This document shows positions 21,073 through 30,995 of a stretch of DNA of 64,000 nucleotides, piece after piece. The translations under genes were made by a program, and so were the position numbers. The notes below the pieces were generated by a model. The model made no database searches, was not told where the DNA came from, and worked only from the letters and a program-made list of their open reading frames with translations. This DNA is from Nocardiopsis rhodophaea (lineage in GTDB: Bacteria; Actinomycetota; Actinomycetes; Streptosporangiales; Streptosporangiaceae): positions 123,234-187,233 of the forward strand of contig NZ_BAAAPC010000008.1 of the NCBI RefSeq assembly GCF_039530945.1. The letters run 5' to 3'. The number at the start of each line of letters is the position of its first letter. The stretch's first letter is position 1.

Positions 21073-21337
21073 TCCCTCTTCCGCGGAGAAGAACCCGGTC
21101 GGGCGGCCGGTGGCGTGCCCGTCGATGGCGCCATGGTGGCACCCGCGCCGGGCCGTCTCCCGGCATTCCGGGGTGGTTGGGCAAGTCCTGTCCGTCGTTT
21201 TGAACGATGTTTTCGCCGACCGGCGGGCGGAACGGCGGAGCGCCCCGTGGCGGGTCCGGCCGAGTCGGCGTGGCTCTCCTCACTGTTGCCGCTTTGGCCT
21301 GGGGAAACGCGCTATGTGCCGGTAGCTTAGATACAAC

Positions 21338-21982
21338 ATGAATACAACGCCCTCCGCGACAGATCGCGCATACGAGTACACGAAGGACGCCATCCTCACC
21401 CGCCGCTACGGGGGCGGCGACCTGGTCAGCGAGGGGGACATCGCGGCCGGGGTCGGGGTCTCCCGCACGCCGGTCCGCGAGGCGCTGCTCCGGCTCCAGG
21501 CCGAAGGGCTGGTCCGGCTCTTCCCCAAGCGTGGAGCGCTCATCGTCCCCGTCTCCCAGCAGGAGATCGACGACGTCATCGAGACCCGCCGCCTCGTCGA
21601 GGGCTTCACGGCCGAATGCGCGGCGGGCCTGGGCGAGGCCGAGCGCACCGCGCTGGTGGACGCCCTCGGCTCCTACCTCGACGTGATGCGCGCGCACGTC
21701 GCCACCGACAAGCGCGCCTTCGTCGTCGCCGACCGCGAATTCCACCGCGCCATCATCCGGGCCGCCGGGAACCAGGTCCTCATCGACCTCTATGAGACCC
21801 TGCGCGACCGGCAGCTGCGCATGATGGAGGAGGGCGCGCGCACCGTCGAGCGGCTGCGCGCCAACATCGACGAGCACGCCGCCATCATGGACGCCCTCCG
21901 CGACGGCGACGCCGCGGCGGCGCGTGAGGCCGTCCGGGTGCACATGGACGCCGCCGGGGCGATGCTCGGGGCGCGCCGGTGA
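21338..21982 (+). CDS. GntR-family (FadR/FCD subfamily) transcriptional regulator
   Basis: N-terminal GntR wHTH (…SEGDIAAGVGVSRTPVREALLRLQAEGLVR…) and a C-terminal FCD-like helical domain. Confidence 0.7.
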   Translation: MNTTPSATDRAYEYTKDAILTRRYGGGDLVSEGDIAAGVGVSRTPVREALLRLQAEGLVRLFPKRGALIVPVSQQEIDDVIETRRLVEGFTAECAAGLGEAERTALVDALGSYLDVMRAHVATDKRAFVVADREFHRAIIRAAGNQVLIDLYETLRDRQLRMMEEGARTVERLRANIDEHAAIMDALRDGDAAAAREAVRVHMDAAGAMLGARR

Positions 21983-23298
21983 GCGTCGACGCCCGGGAAC
22001 GGGCGTGCGACCAGTCATCCTCTGACGGGACATCCGCTGAGCTGATCGGCGGCGGCCACGGTGCGGGGCGGGCCGGGACCGAACCTCCGGGAGGGGCCCG
22101 CGCCTGGCTGGTGTGGGGCGTCGCCGTCGGCGTCTACTTCCTGGCGATGTTCCACCGCAACGGGCTGGGCGTGGCGGCGCTCCAGGCCCAGGAGCGCTTC
22201 CACGTCGGTCCGGCGCTGCTGTCGGTGCTCCCCGTCGTGCAGCTGATCGTCTACGTGGCGCTCCAGGTGCCCACCGGAGTGCTGGCCGACCGGCTCGGGC
22301 CGCGAAAGACGCTGCTGATCGGTCTGGCGGCGATGGCGGCGGGCGTCGCCATGTTCGCCCTCGCTCCGAGTATCGAGGTGGCGATCACCGCCCGGGTGCT
22401 CATCGGCCTCGGTGACGCGGTGACCTTCCTCAACGTCATCCGGCTCGGTGCGCTGTGGTTCCCTCGCCGGCAGTACGCCCTGGTCAGCGCGTTCACCGGG
22501 ACGATCGGCGGCCTCGGCCAGGTGGCCAGCGTGGTCCCCCTCTCGGCGGCGCTTCACCAGCTCGGCTGGACGCCCGCCTTCCTGGCCACGGGCGCGGTGA
22601 CCGCCGTGATGATGCTGCTGGTGCTCCTGGTGGTCCGCGACCGCCCCGAGGGCGTGCGCGCGTCGGACCGTCGGCAGGCGCCTGTCTCGGTTGGGGCGAG
22701 CCTCAGGGAGGCGCTGCGGGCGCGCGGTCCGCGGGTGGGCATGGCCAGCCATGTGGTGCTGCAGGCGCCTTACACGATGCTCGCGGCGCTGTGGGGCTAC
22801 CCGTTCCTGGTCGAGGGGCTGGGCATGGCCCCGGCGGCCGCCGGACTCGTGCTGACCGTCCTGGGGGTCGCCACGCTGTGGGTCTCGCCGGTGCTGGGCG
22901 CGTTCGTCGGCCGCTTCCCCCGGATCCGCGCCGTGTTCGGCGTGGGGCTGGGGACGGTGCTCAGCGTGGGCTGGATCGCGATTGTCGCGTGGCCGGGCGG
23001 ACCGCCCGTTCCGCTGGTCATCGCGCACTTCACCATCGCGTGCGCGGCCATGGCGATGGCGGCGCCGATCTCCTTCGACTTCGCCCGCGACGGCATCCCC
23101 GCGCAGCGCACGGGCGTGGCGTCGAGCCTGGTGAACATGTCCGGGTTCACCGCCGTGGTGGTGACCGTGCTGCTCGCCGGGATGATCCTGGAGTCCGGTG
23201 CCGGTTTCCAGGCGGCGTTCGTGCCGGTCACCGTGACCACGGTGCTCGGTACCGCCGTGTTCGCCGCACTGCTCCGGCGCTACCCGCGCTCGGCCTGA
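21979..23298 (+). CDS. MFS transporter
   Basis: The GTG start overlaps the GntR stop by 4 nt. 12 predicted TM helices and the MFS motif GVLADRLGPRKTLLIG. Confidence 0.65.
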   Translation: MSVDARERACDQSSSDGTSAELIGGGHGAGRAGTEPPGGARAWLVWGVAVGVYFLAMFHRNGLGVAALQAQERFHVGPALLSVLPVVQLIVYVALQVPTGVLADRLGPRKTLLIGLAAMAAGVAMFALAPSIEVAITARVLIGLGDAVTFLNVIRLGALWFPRRQYALVSAFTGTIGGLGQVASVVPLSAALHQLGWTPAFLATGAVTAVMMLLVLLVVRDRPEGVRASDRRQAPVSVGASLREALRARGPRVGMASHVVLQAPYTMLAALWGYPFLVEGLGMAPAAAGLVLTVLGVATLWVSPVLGAFVGRFPRIRAVFGVGLGTVLSVGWIAIVAWPGGPPVPLVIAHFTIACAAMAMAAPISFDFARDGIPAQRTGVASSLVNMSGFTAVVVTVLLAGMILESGAGFQAAFVPVTVTTVLGTAVFAALLRRYPRSA

Positions 23299-23694
23299 CC
23301 GCACGCGGCGGCGCTGTGAGGCCGTCATCGGGGCGGCCGGAGGGTGGAGCGACCGGCCGCGCGGCGCGGGACCAGAAGGAGCGGCGTCAGGACGCAGGTC
23401 GCCCCTGCGCACGCCACCGGGGCGATACCGATGGTGCCGAGGTCCGGCACGGCGGCGCCGAACGCCGTCATCGCGCCGTCAACTCCGAGGATGACGGCCG
23501 TACCGCTACCCATGCGGTGCCTCCGCGACACGTCCCCGGTCCACCCGTCGCGTCTCAGCTTCGCCCGGAGGGGCGGCGGTGGAGGCGGGCTGTCGGCCCC
23601 ACCGGCGCGCGGGACGAACAAAAGCGGGTGAGGGGGGTACTTCCCTCACCCGCTGTGGCGGGACTCGGTCCCGCGTGTCACCCGGACCGACGTG

Positions 23695-25518
23695 TTAGAA
23701 CGCCGATTCGGGGACGTCCATGAGGTCGAGCGTGGTGTTCTCGGCGATCTTGCGCTCGGCGGACAGGCGCGGCAGGACCTGGTCAGCGAAGAAGCGCGCG
23801 GCGGCGATCTTGCCGGTGTAGAAGTCCTTGTCGCTCCCCTCGGCCCCGTCGAGCTTCTCCAGCGCGATCGCGGCCTGGCGGAGCAGCAGCCAGCCCAGCA
23901 CCACGTCGCCGAAGCCCATGAGGAGGCGGGTGGCGTTGAGGCCGACCTTGTAGAGCTCGCGGGTCTCCTCGGCGGAGCGCATGGCGTCGCCGATCATGAT
24001 CTCGACGATCTTCTCGACGTCCGCGGCGGCCTCGGCGAGGAGGGCGCGCTCCTCCTTGAGTCGGCCGTTGCCGTTGTCGCTGCCGGCGAAGGCCTTGATC
24101 TCGCCCATCAGCGCGCCGAACGCCTGACCGTTGTTCTTCACGATCTTGCGGAAGAAGAAGTCCTGCGCCTGGATGGCCGTGGTGCCCTCGTAGAGGGTGT
24201 CGATCTTGGCGTCGCGGATGTACTGCTCGATCGGGTACTCCTGCAGGTACCCGGAGCCGCCCAGGGTCTGCAGCGACTCGGAGAGCAGGGCGTAGGACCG
24301 CTCGGAGCCCACACCCTTGACGATGGGCAGCAGCAGGTCGTTGTAGGCCTCCAGCTGGCTGTGGTCCTCGCCCGTGTGCTGGGCGATCTGGATCGCGTCC
24401 TGCTGGGTGGCGGTGTACATGACCAGCGCGCGCAGTGCCTCGGTGTAGGCCTTCTGCGTCATCAGGCTGCGCCGCACGTCGGGGTGATGGGTGATGGTCA
24501 CCCGGGGCGCGGTCTTGTCCGTCATCTGGGTGAGGTCGGCGCCCTGCTTGCGCTCCTTGGCGTACTCAAGGGCGTTGAGGTAGCCGGTGGACAGCGTGGC
24601 GATCGCCTTCGTGCCGACCATCATCCGGGCGTACTCGATAATGAGGAACATCTGCCGGATGCCGTCGTGCTTGTCGCCGACGAGGTAGCCGACGGCGGGG
24701 TGCTTGGCGCCGAAGGTCAGCTCACAGGTGGTGGACGCCTTCAGGCCCATCTTGTGCTCGACGTTGGTCACGTAGGCGCCGTTGCGCTCGCCGAGCGAGC
24801 CGTCCTCGTTGACCAGGAACTTCGGCACGAGGAAGAGGGAGAGGCCCTTCGTCCCGGGCTGGGCGCCCTCGGGTCGCGCCAAGACCAGGTGGAAGATGTT
24901 CTCGGTCATGTCCTGCTCGGCCGAGGTGATGAAGCGCTTCACACCCTCGATGTGCCAGGTGCCGTCGCCCTGGTCGGTGGCCTTGGTGCGGCCGGCGCCG
25001 ACGTCCGACCCGGCGTCGGGCTCGGTGAGCACCATGGTGGCGCCCCAGCCGCGCTCAATGGCCTGCAGGGCGAACTTCTTCTGCGCTTCGTTGCCCTCCT
25101 GCCAGAGGATGTTGGCGAAGCCCGGACCGGCCGAGTACATGTGGACGGAGGGGTTAGCGCCCAACACGAGCTCGGAGGCGGCCCACACGAGGGAGCGGGG
25201 CGCGCCGAGGCCGCCGAGCTCCTGGGGGAGGTCCAGGTTGTACCAACCGGCGTCCATGTAGGCCTGGTAGGACTTCTTCAGGCTCTCGGGGATGGCGACC
25301 GTGCTGGTCTTGGGGTCGAATACCGGGGGGTTGCGGTCGGCGTCCTCGAACGACTCGGCCACGACGCCGGTGGCGAGCCGGTTGACCTCGTCAAGGATGG
25401 TGCGGGCCGTGTCCTCGTCCAGCTCCTCGAACGGGCCTTTCCCCAGCACGTCCTGGCGCTTGAATACCTCAAAGAGGTTGAACTCGAGGTCACGGAGGTT
25501 GCTCTTGTAATGCGTCAT
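23695..25518 (-). CDS. Long-type acyl-CoA dehydrogenase (FadE5-like, about 608 aa)
   Basis: Translation from ATG at 25518 is [37 protein letters not shown]…, with ACAD N-terminal, middle and C-terminal domain signatures (…[20 protein letters not shown]…). Confidence 0.75.
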   Translation of the reverse strand: MTHYKSNLRDLEFNLFEVFKRQDVLGKGPFEELDEDTARTILDEVNRLATGVVAESFEDADRNPPVFDPKTSTVAIPESLKKSYQAYMDAGWYNLDLPQELGGLGAPRSLVWAASELVLGANPSVHMYSAGPGFANILWQEGNEAQKKFALQAIERGWGATMVLTEPDAGSDVGAGRTKATDQGDGTWHIEGVKRFITSAEQDMTENIFHLVLARPEGAQPGTKGLSLFLVPKFLVNEDGSLGERNGAYVTNVEHKMGLKASTTCELTFGAKHPAVGYLVGDKHDGIRQMFLIIEYARMMVGTKAIATLSTGYLNALEYAKERKQGADLTQMTDKTAPRVTITHHPDVRRSLMTQKAYTEALRALVMYTATQQDAIQIAQHTGEDHSQLEAYNDLLLPIVKGVGSERSYALLSESLQTLGGSGYLQEYPIEQYIRDAKIDTLYEGTTAIQAQDFFFRKIVKNNGQAFGALMGEIKAFAGSDNGNGRLKEERALLAEAAADVEKIVEIMIGDAMRSAEETRELYKVGLNATRLLMGFGDVVLGWLLLRQAAIALEKLDGAEGSDKDFYTGKIAAARFFADQVLPRLSAERKIAENTTLDLMDVPESAF

Positions 25519-25542
25519 GGCGCGCGCTCCGCTGTGTCGTGG

Positions 25543-25578
25543 CCGCTGTCGGCGCAGTCCTCTACTGGCTAGTAACAA
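25543..25578. promoter_or_regulatory. 36-bp palindromic operator-like site (TACTGGCTAGTAACA-N6-TGTTACTACCCAGTA) upstream of the acyl-CoA dehydrogenase gene
   Basis: Near-perfect inverted repeat (14/15 arm match) 25-60 nt upstream of the ACAD start. Half-site TACTSGCTAGTAACA recurs at 42857. Confidence 0.45.
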
Positions 25579-25670
25579 TGACATGTTACTACCCAGTAGT
25601 AGTGCTTTGCCAGGGGCTGTCCCAACTGTCGGAATCGCCGCTCCCGCAGGGGCTTGCGCCGGATACGCCA

Positions 25671-25702
25671 CGGGGCGCCGGCCGGAAGCCCGGCCGGCGC
25701 CC
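25671..25702 (-). terminator. Strong GC hairpin (14-bp perfect stem GGGGCGCCGGCCGG/CCGGCCGGCGCCCC, 4-nt loop) downstream of the 1744-aa gene
   Basis: Perfect inverted repeat about 50 nt past the stop codon at 25753. No U-tract, as is common for actinomycete terminators. Confidence 0.5.
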
Positions 25703-25752
25703 CGGTCGTGGAATCGGGGTGATTCCCGTCATGTGTTCGCGCGGGCGGTCTC

Positions 25753-28700
25753 CTAGCGGTGGAACCGCTCCGCCGCCTTCTCGATAGCGGCCTCCACCGC
25801 CCCGACACGGTCGGCCAGCAGGCCGACGGCGCCCACCGCCCGCGTCATCGGGTCGTCCTCGGCTCCGCCCAGGGCCCGCCCGCGCTGGAAGCCCGCCTTC
25901 ACCTCGGCCCAGCGGCGCTCCTGCTCGGGCGTCATCGTCCCGCGCAGCTCGGCCAGCTTGAGCAGGTTGGCCTCCGCACCCGAGGTCAGTGTCTGCGCCT
26001 CCCCCAGGTAGTGGTCGTCGATCACCGCCTCCAGCTCGGCGTCGTTCATCACCGGAACGATCTTCTCCGCCAGCCGGTTCATGTTCCGGTACGACCCCTG
26101 CAGGCGGAACGGCGGCTCGGTGCGCGACTCCTCGGCCTGGGCCGCCGAGGCGATGTAGGCCTGGTTGTTGGCCAGCACCACCTGCCGCGCCCGCAGCAGC
26201 TTGCGCAGCACCGACAGGATCTGCTCCAGTTCCACCGGCGAGTAGGGGTGGGCCAGCTGGTCGGCCCGCACTGACTCGTCGCCCCCGGCCAGCCGCACCA
26301 GCAGCTCGATGTCGCCCCGGTCCCGCGTGGACAGCGGTGCCAGGGTCGGGTTCGAGGTCAGCGCGTTCTCGATGTAGCTCAGCGCGAACAGCTCGTCCTT
26401 GCCCGACATCACATCGCCGAGGTTGTACACATCCGCGCGGTTGGCCAGCATGTCCGGGACGCGGAACCGCTGCCCCTGCTCGGTGTAGGGGTTGCCGGAC
26501 ATGCACACCGCGAACCGCTTGCCGCGCATGTCGTAGGTGCGGGTCTGCCCGCCCCAGACGCCCTCCATCCGCCGCTGACCATCGCACAGCGAGATGAACT
26601 TCTGCAGCAGCTCGGGGTTGGTGTGCTGGATGTCGTCCAGGTAGAGCAGCACGTTGTTGCCCATCTCCAGGGCGAACGAGATCTTCTCGACCTCCTGGCG
26701 GGCGGTGGCGTCCGGCGCGTCGTCCGGGTCCAGCGAGGTGACCGCGTGCCCCAGCGCCGGCCCGTTGACCTTGACGAACACCAGGCCCAGCCGACTCGCC
26801 ACGTACTCCATCAGCGTGGTCTTGCCGTAGCCCGGAGGGGAGATGAGCAGGAGCAGACCGCTCTGGTCGGTGCGCTTGCCATCGCCCGCGGCGCCCAGCT
26901 GCTTGGCGAGGTTGTCGCCGATGAGCGGCAGGTAGGCCTCGTCCAGCAGCCGGTTGCGCACGAACGTGCTCATCACCTTGGGCCTGTACTCGTCCAGCCG
27001 CAGGCGCCGCCGCTCGTGCTCGATCAGTTCGTTGCGCTGCCGCTGGTAGTCCCAGAAGGCGGGCACCTCCTCGACGCGGAAACGGCGGGTGCGGGCCAGC
27101 AGCTCGTCGAGCCGGAACGACAGGGTCCGATCGGCGACGCGCGGGTGTGTCCCGAGCAGCCCCGTCACGGTCGCCGACATCGCCGCCGCGGAGTCGTACC
27201 GGGGCAGGTCCGCGCCGCACAGCTCGACGGCGACCGCTTCGGCCAGGTCGGCCTCGACGGTGGCGGCGTCGGCCTTCCCGTCGGCCGTGGACGCGGTGGC
27301 GGTCGCGGACGCGGCGGCGTTCGCCTCTGCATACGCCCGCAGCCAGGCCGTGACCAGCTGGTGCCGGGCGGCGAGGTCGTCGCCCAGCGCGCGCAGGTCG
27401 TCCTCGAACGACGGACCGGACGCGGAACGCGCGCCGCCGAGCGCGCGGCGGAACCGGTCCAGCAGCGTGCGGGCGCCCGCGCTGGTGACGAATCCGTCGG
27501 GCGCCGACGCCACCTCCTCGAACAGGTACTCCCCGGCGAGCTCCGCTACCCCGGCGTCGATGTCCAGGTGGGAGGAGGCGAGGAAGGACGCGATGGCCTC
27601 CGCCAGCTCGGCGCGCAGCCCCGCGATCGCCGCGGAATCGCGCACCCCGAAGACCTCGCGGGCGCGCGCCAGCGACGACGCCCGCGTCCGCCACGCCGAC
27701 CGCTGCTCCTTCCCGGCGCCGAACGCCCAGAACAGCTGGGCGGCCGACCGCGCCGCGGACGGGTAGCGCAGCAGCCCGGCGTCGGTGCGCAGGCGCAGCA
27801 GGACATCGAGGATCCGGGCGGCGTCGTGGTCGTGGACGCCCCGCTCGTAGCCCTCGTTGTAGCGGGACTCCGCCACCCGGCGGACCAGGGCGAGGAGGCC
27901 GTGCGCGGCGCCGTCGCCCTCGCCCTCGCCCTCGCTCGCGGCCGCGGCCGCGGCGGCGCGCAGCGTGTCGAGGCTCAGCCCCTCCGCGCCCGCCTCGGCC
28001 ATGGCCAGGATGGACGTGGCCAGGTACTCCGCCCGGTACACCTCAGCGGACTCCGAGACGACCAGCCGGTCCCAGAACCGGCGCGTCGCCTGGAACCCCG
28101 CGTCGAGCACGGGTGCGCGGAAGTCGGTCCCGGTGATGCTGACCGCCATGCGGCCGTCGTGCGGGACGAGGGTGAGGTCGATCGGCTGGGTGTTCACCGC
28201 GAAGCGGTGCCGCCCCAGGCGCAGGCTCTCGCCGCCGCCGTCGAACAGGTCGAGCCGGTCGCGCAGGGCCCGCCCGGCCTCCTGGCGGGCCGCCTTGACC
28301 CGGCCCTCCAGCTCCTCGGCGCGGACCTGGTCGCCCAGGCCGCGCAGCTGCTCGATGGTGGAGCGCAGCCGCGCCACCATCGGGTCGGAGGCGAAGTAGG
28401 TGTTGACATCGTCGAGCGAGTCCAGCGAGACGACCCGGCGCTGGACGCTGCCCAGGATCCGGTCGCCGGACTCCACCAGCCGGTCGGCCCGCCGGGCGCG
28501 CTCGTCCAGCAGCGCCTGCTTGCGGGTGGAGAACGCCTCGTAGACGTCCTCGCGCTTGGCGCTCAGCTCGTCGAGGAAGTCGTCGAACTCGCCGAAGCGC
28601 GACTCCAGGTTCTCCAACTGCAGCATGAGCCGCCCCAGCTGCTCGTCGCAGCGGTCCGGGGTGTCGGCGGCGGCCAGCGCTCCCGTGATGGCCTGCCCGA

Positions 28701-30987
28701 GCAGGGCGAACTCGGCCGCGAACTCGGCCCGGCCCTCGGTCTCCAGCAGCTGTTTGCGGCGCGCTTCCAGGGTGGCGCGGGCCCGGTTGATGCCGCCGAG
28801 GACCTCGCCGACGCGTTCCAGGATGCGAGTCCGCGCCTGGGTGTCGGCGATGTCGAGCGTGCTGACGACCTCGGTGACGACCTCCAGCCCCTCGCTCTGC
28901 GCGGCGAGCCGCTCGCCCACGGGCGCCGCGTCGGCCACCGTGGCGATGGACTCGGCCTCGGCGACCAGGCGGTCGACCTCCTCGTGGTACCCCGCGAAGG
29001 CGTTGTCGCCCGCCAGGAACGCCACGGCGCGACGCCCGACGGAGGTGAGCTCGTCCCTCAGGTCGCCGTCGAGCGTGTCGATGCGGCCGGTGTCGATGTA
29101 GCGCATCTCGCGCAGCGTCACCAGGTGGCCCTGGGAGCGGCGCAGCTCGGTGAGGAGCTCCACCCACGCGTCGGCGGACCGGGGCGTCTCGCCGCGCGAC
29201 CGCCGGAGCAGGGAGGCGATGGCGCGCGCCGCCTCGTCCAGTGCCGCGGCGGCCTGGTCGGTGAGCGCCCGCACCTTCTCGAACTCGTCGAGCACCTGCT
29301 CGGCGGTGGCGCGCACCTGCGACACCGGGTCGTGCAGCCCGCCCAGCTCGGTGTCGCCGAGCCAGTGGTAGTGGTCGAACACGCTGCGGCAGGTGGCGAT
29401 GAGCGCTTCGAACACCTCGGTCGACGGCGACATCTCGGCGACCATCCGGGTCACCGACAGGCAGTCGGAGATGCCGCGCACCAGCTCGGCGTTGCCGATC
29501 CGCTCCAGCGGGCCGGTGCCCACCGGCTGCGCGGCGGCATACACGTCGGAGACGTAGGGGGTCTGCCACACCTGCATGGGGTGCACCCGGGTCGGCTCGC
29601 CGCCGCCGTCGCGGAACACCACGAGTGTGCCGTCGTCGAACAGCGAGTAGCCGTGGCAGACGATCGGGGTGGCGACTTCCTTGCGGATCACGTTGTAGGG
29701 CAGCAGGAGGGTGCGCCCGTCGTGACGGGAGTGGAACCCGTAGAGCACGTCCTCGCCGTTGGGAGAGCGGATGACGCGCTCGAACTCCAGGCCGGTGACG
29801 TCGGTGTCGAAGGTCTTGGCCGTGCCGGTGGCCAGGTAGTAGCCGCCGGGGAAGATGATCCCCTGGTCCTCGGGGAGGCGCTGGCAGGCCTGCCCGATGC
29901 CGTCGAGCCGGAGGACGTCCTTGGTGCGGGTGTTGAAGACGAGGTGGCGCCACTCGGCCTCGTTGTAGGGGAGGATCCGCAGCAGGATGAGCGCGCCGAC
30001 CCGCGCGTAGTGCACCTGGGCGTCGGCCAGGCTCTGCAGCGGCTCGGCCACCGGCTCGCTGTAGATGCCCTGCCCGGACTCGGTGTTGTTCTCGATCTTG
30101 ATGGTCAGGTCGCCGCCGACCGTCTCGACGAAGAGCTGGTCGAGGATGGAGATGTGCGGGTGGCGCCCCAGGACGTGGTCGTCGCGGGTGGTCTCGGTCC
30201 ACGCGAAGTCGTGCGAGGGCGGGAAGACGTGGTCGCGCTCGCCCCGGGCGTCGAGGTAGGAGACCTCGCCGCGGGAGCTGACGCTCCAGCGCAGCACCTT
30301 GACGTCCGCGGTGCGCGGGCCGGTCTGGAAGACGGCGAGGAGCTTGCCCTCCACGTGCCGCAGCTGGAGCAGCCGGGTCTCGCGGTAGTAGCGGTACAGC
30401 TCGCCGAAGTCGCGCTCGAAGCGCGGGTCGCGCAGCAGTTCCGGCAGGGTGTCGTCCGCGGCGGGGTCGAACCCGAACGCGGTGGTGTCGCCCGCGCGCT
30501 CAAACCGGTGCAGCGCGAACACGTCGTCGACCCGGGTCTCGGTCTTCAGCCCGATGAAGACGTTGTAGCCGAACAGCATGTGCCCGCCGACGGACACGAT
30601 GTCGCGCGGCACGCAGTTGTGCTCGGTGCGGATGCGCTCGGTGCCGAGCAGCTCCAGCTCACTGCCGCCGAACACCTCCAGGCGGCGGGTGTTGAGCTCT
30701 TCGGCCCGCCGGGCGAGTTCGCCCGCGTGCTCGGCGAGTCGGGAGCGCAGCACCTCGTAGGTGCCGGCGTCGAGGCCGTCGGGGGCCTCGGGCGCGGGCG
30801 GGTGGGTCGTGGGGGCGTCGTTCGCGTCAGTGCCGTCTGCGCGCTCACGCTCCTCACTTGCTGCACCGCCGACGCTGCGGGGCCTTCGGCCGTTCGGCGT
30901 CGACGCTTCCGCTCGTTCGGTCGCGTTCGCTTCGGGGGCGGAGGAGCCCGCCGTGGCGGCGGACTCCTCGTTCACCACATCGGTCAC
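25753..30987 (-). CDS. Giant (1744 aa) protein with N-terminal beta-rich region, long helical/coiled-coil middle and C-terminal MoxR/AAA_5-like P-loop ATPase
   Basis: Continuous 5.2-kb ORF with high GC3. Walker A LLLISPPGYGKTTLMEYV is encoded around 26.83 kb. Walker B-like NVLLYLDDIQHTNPELL and an AAA_5-type sensor FAVCMSGNPY. GTG start 8 nt after the flotillin stop. Confidence 0.7.
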   Translation of the reverse strand: MTDVVNEESAATAGSSAPEANATERAEASTPNGRRPRSVGGAASEERERADGTDANDAPTTHPPAPEAPDGLDAGTYEVLRSRLAEHAGELARRAEELNTRRLEVFGGSELELLGTERIRTEHNCVPRDIVSVGGHMLFGYNVFIGLKTETRVDDVFALHRFERAGDTTAFGFDPAADDTLPELLRDPRFERDFGELYRYYRETRLLQLRHVEGKLLAVFQTGPRTADVKVLRWSVSSRGEVSYLDARGERDHVFPPSHDFAWTETTRDDHVLGRHPHISILDQLFVETVGGDLTIKIENNTESGQGIYSEPVAEPLQSLADAQVHYARVGALILLRILPYNEAEWRHLVFNTRTKDVLRLDGIGQACQRLPEDQGIIFPGGYYLATGTAKTFDTDVTGLEFERVIRSPNGEDVLYGFHSRHDGRTLLLPYNVIRKEVATPIVCHGYSLFDDGTLVVFRDGGGEPTRVHPMQVWQTPYVSDVYAAAQPVGTGPLERIGNAELVRGISDCLSVTRMVAEMSPSTEVFEALIATCRSVFDHYHWLGDTELGGLHDPVSQVRATAEQVLDEFEKVRALTDQAAAALDEAARAIASLLRRSRGETPRSADAWVELLTELRRSQGHLVTLREMRYIDTGRIDTLDGDLRDELTSVGRRAVAFLAGDNAFAGYHEEVDRLVAEAESIATVADAAPVGERLAAQSEGLEVVTEVVSTLDIADTQARTRILERVGEVLGGINRARATLEARRKQLLETEGRAEFAAEFALLGQAITGALAAADTPDRCDEQLGRLMLQLENLESRFGEFDDFLDELSAKREDVYEAFSTRKQALLDERARRADRLVESGDRILGSVQRRVVSLDSLDDVNTYFASDPMVARLRSTIEQLRGLGDQVRAEELEGRVKAARQEAGRALRDRLDLFDGGGESLRLGRHRFAVNTQPIDLTLVPHDGRMAVSITGTDFRAPVLDAGFQATRRFWDRLVVSESAEVYRAEYLATSILAMAEAGAEGLSLDTLRAAAAAAASEGEGEGDGAAHGLLALVRRVAESRYNEGYERGVHDHDAARILDVLLRLRTDAGLLRYPSAARSAAQLFWAFGAGKEQRSAWRTRASSLARAREVFGVRDSAAIAGLRAELAEAIASFLASSHLDIDAGVAELAGEYLFEEVASAPDGFVTSAGARTLLDRFRRALGGARSASGPSFEDDLRALGDDLAARHQLVTAWLRAYAEANAAASATATASTADGKADAATVEADLAEAVAVELCGADLPRYDSAAAMSATVTGLLGTHPRVADRTLSFRLDELLARTRRFRVEEVPAFWDYQRQRNELIEHERRRLRLDEYRPKVMSTFVRNRLLDEAYLPLIGDNLAKQLGAAGDGKRTDQSGLLLLISPPGYGKTTLMEYVASRLGLVFVKVNGPALGHAVTSLDPDDAPDATARQEVEKISFALEMGNNVLLYLDDIQHTNPELLQKFISLCDGQRRMEGVWGGQTRTYDMRGKRFAVCMSGNPYTEQGQRFRVPDMLANRADVYNLGDVMSGKDELFALSYIENALTSNPTLAPLSTRDRGDIELLVRLAGGDESVRADQLAHPYSPVELEQILSVLRKLLRARQVVLANNQAYIASAAQAEESRTEPPFRLQGSYRNMNRLAEKIVPVMNDAELEAVIDDHYLGEAQTLTSGAEANLLKLAELRGTMTPEQERRWAEVKAGFQRGRALGGAEDDPMTRAVGAVGLLADRVGAVEAAIEKAAERFHR

Positions 30988-30995
30988 CGCTTACC

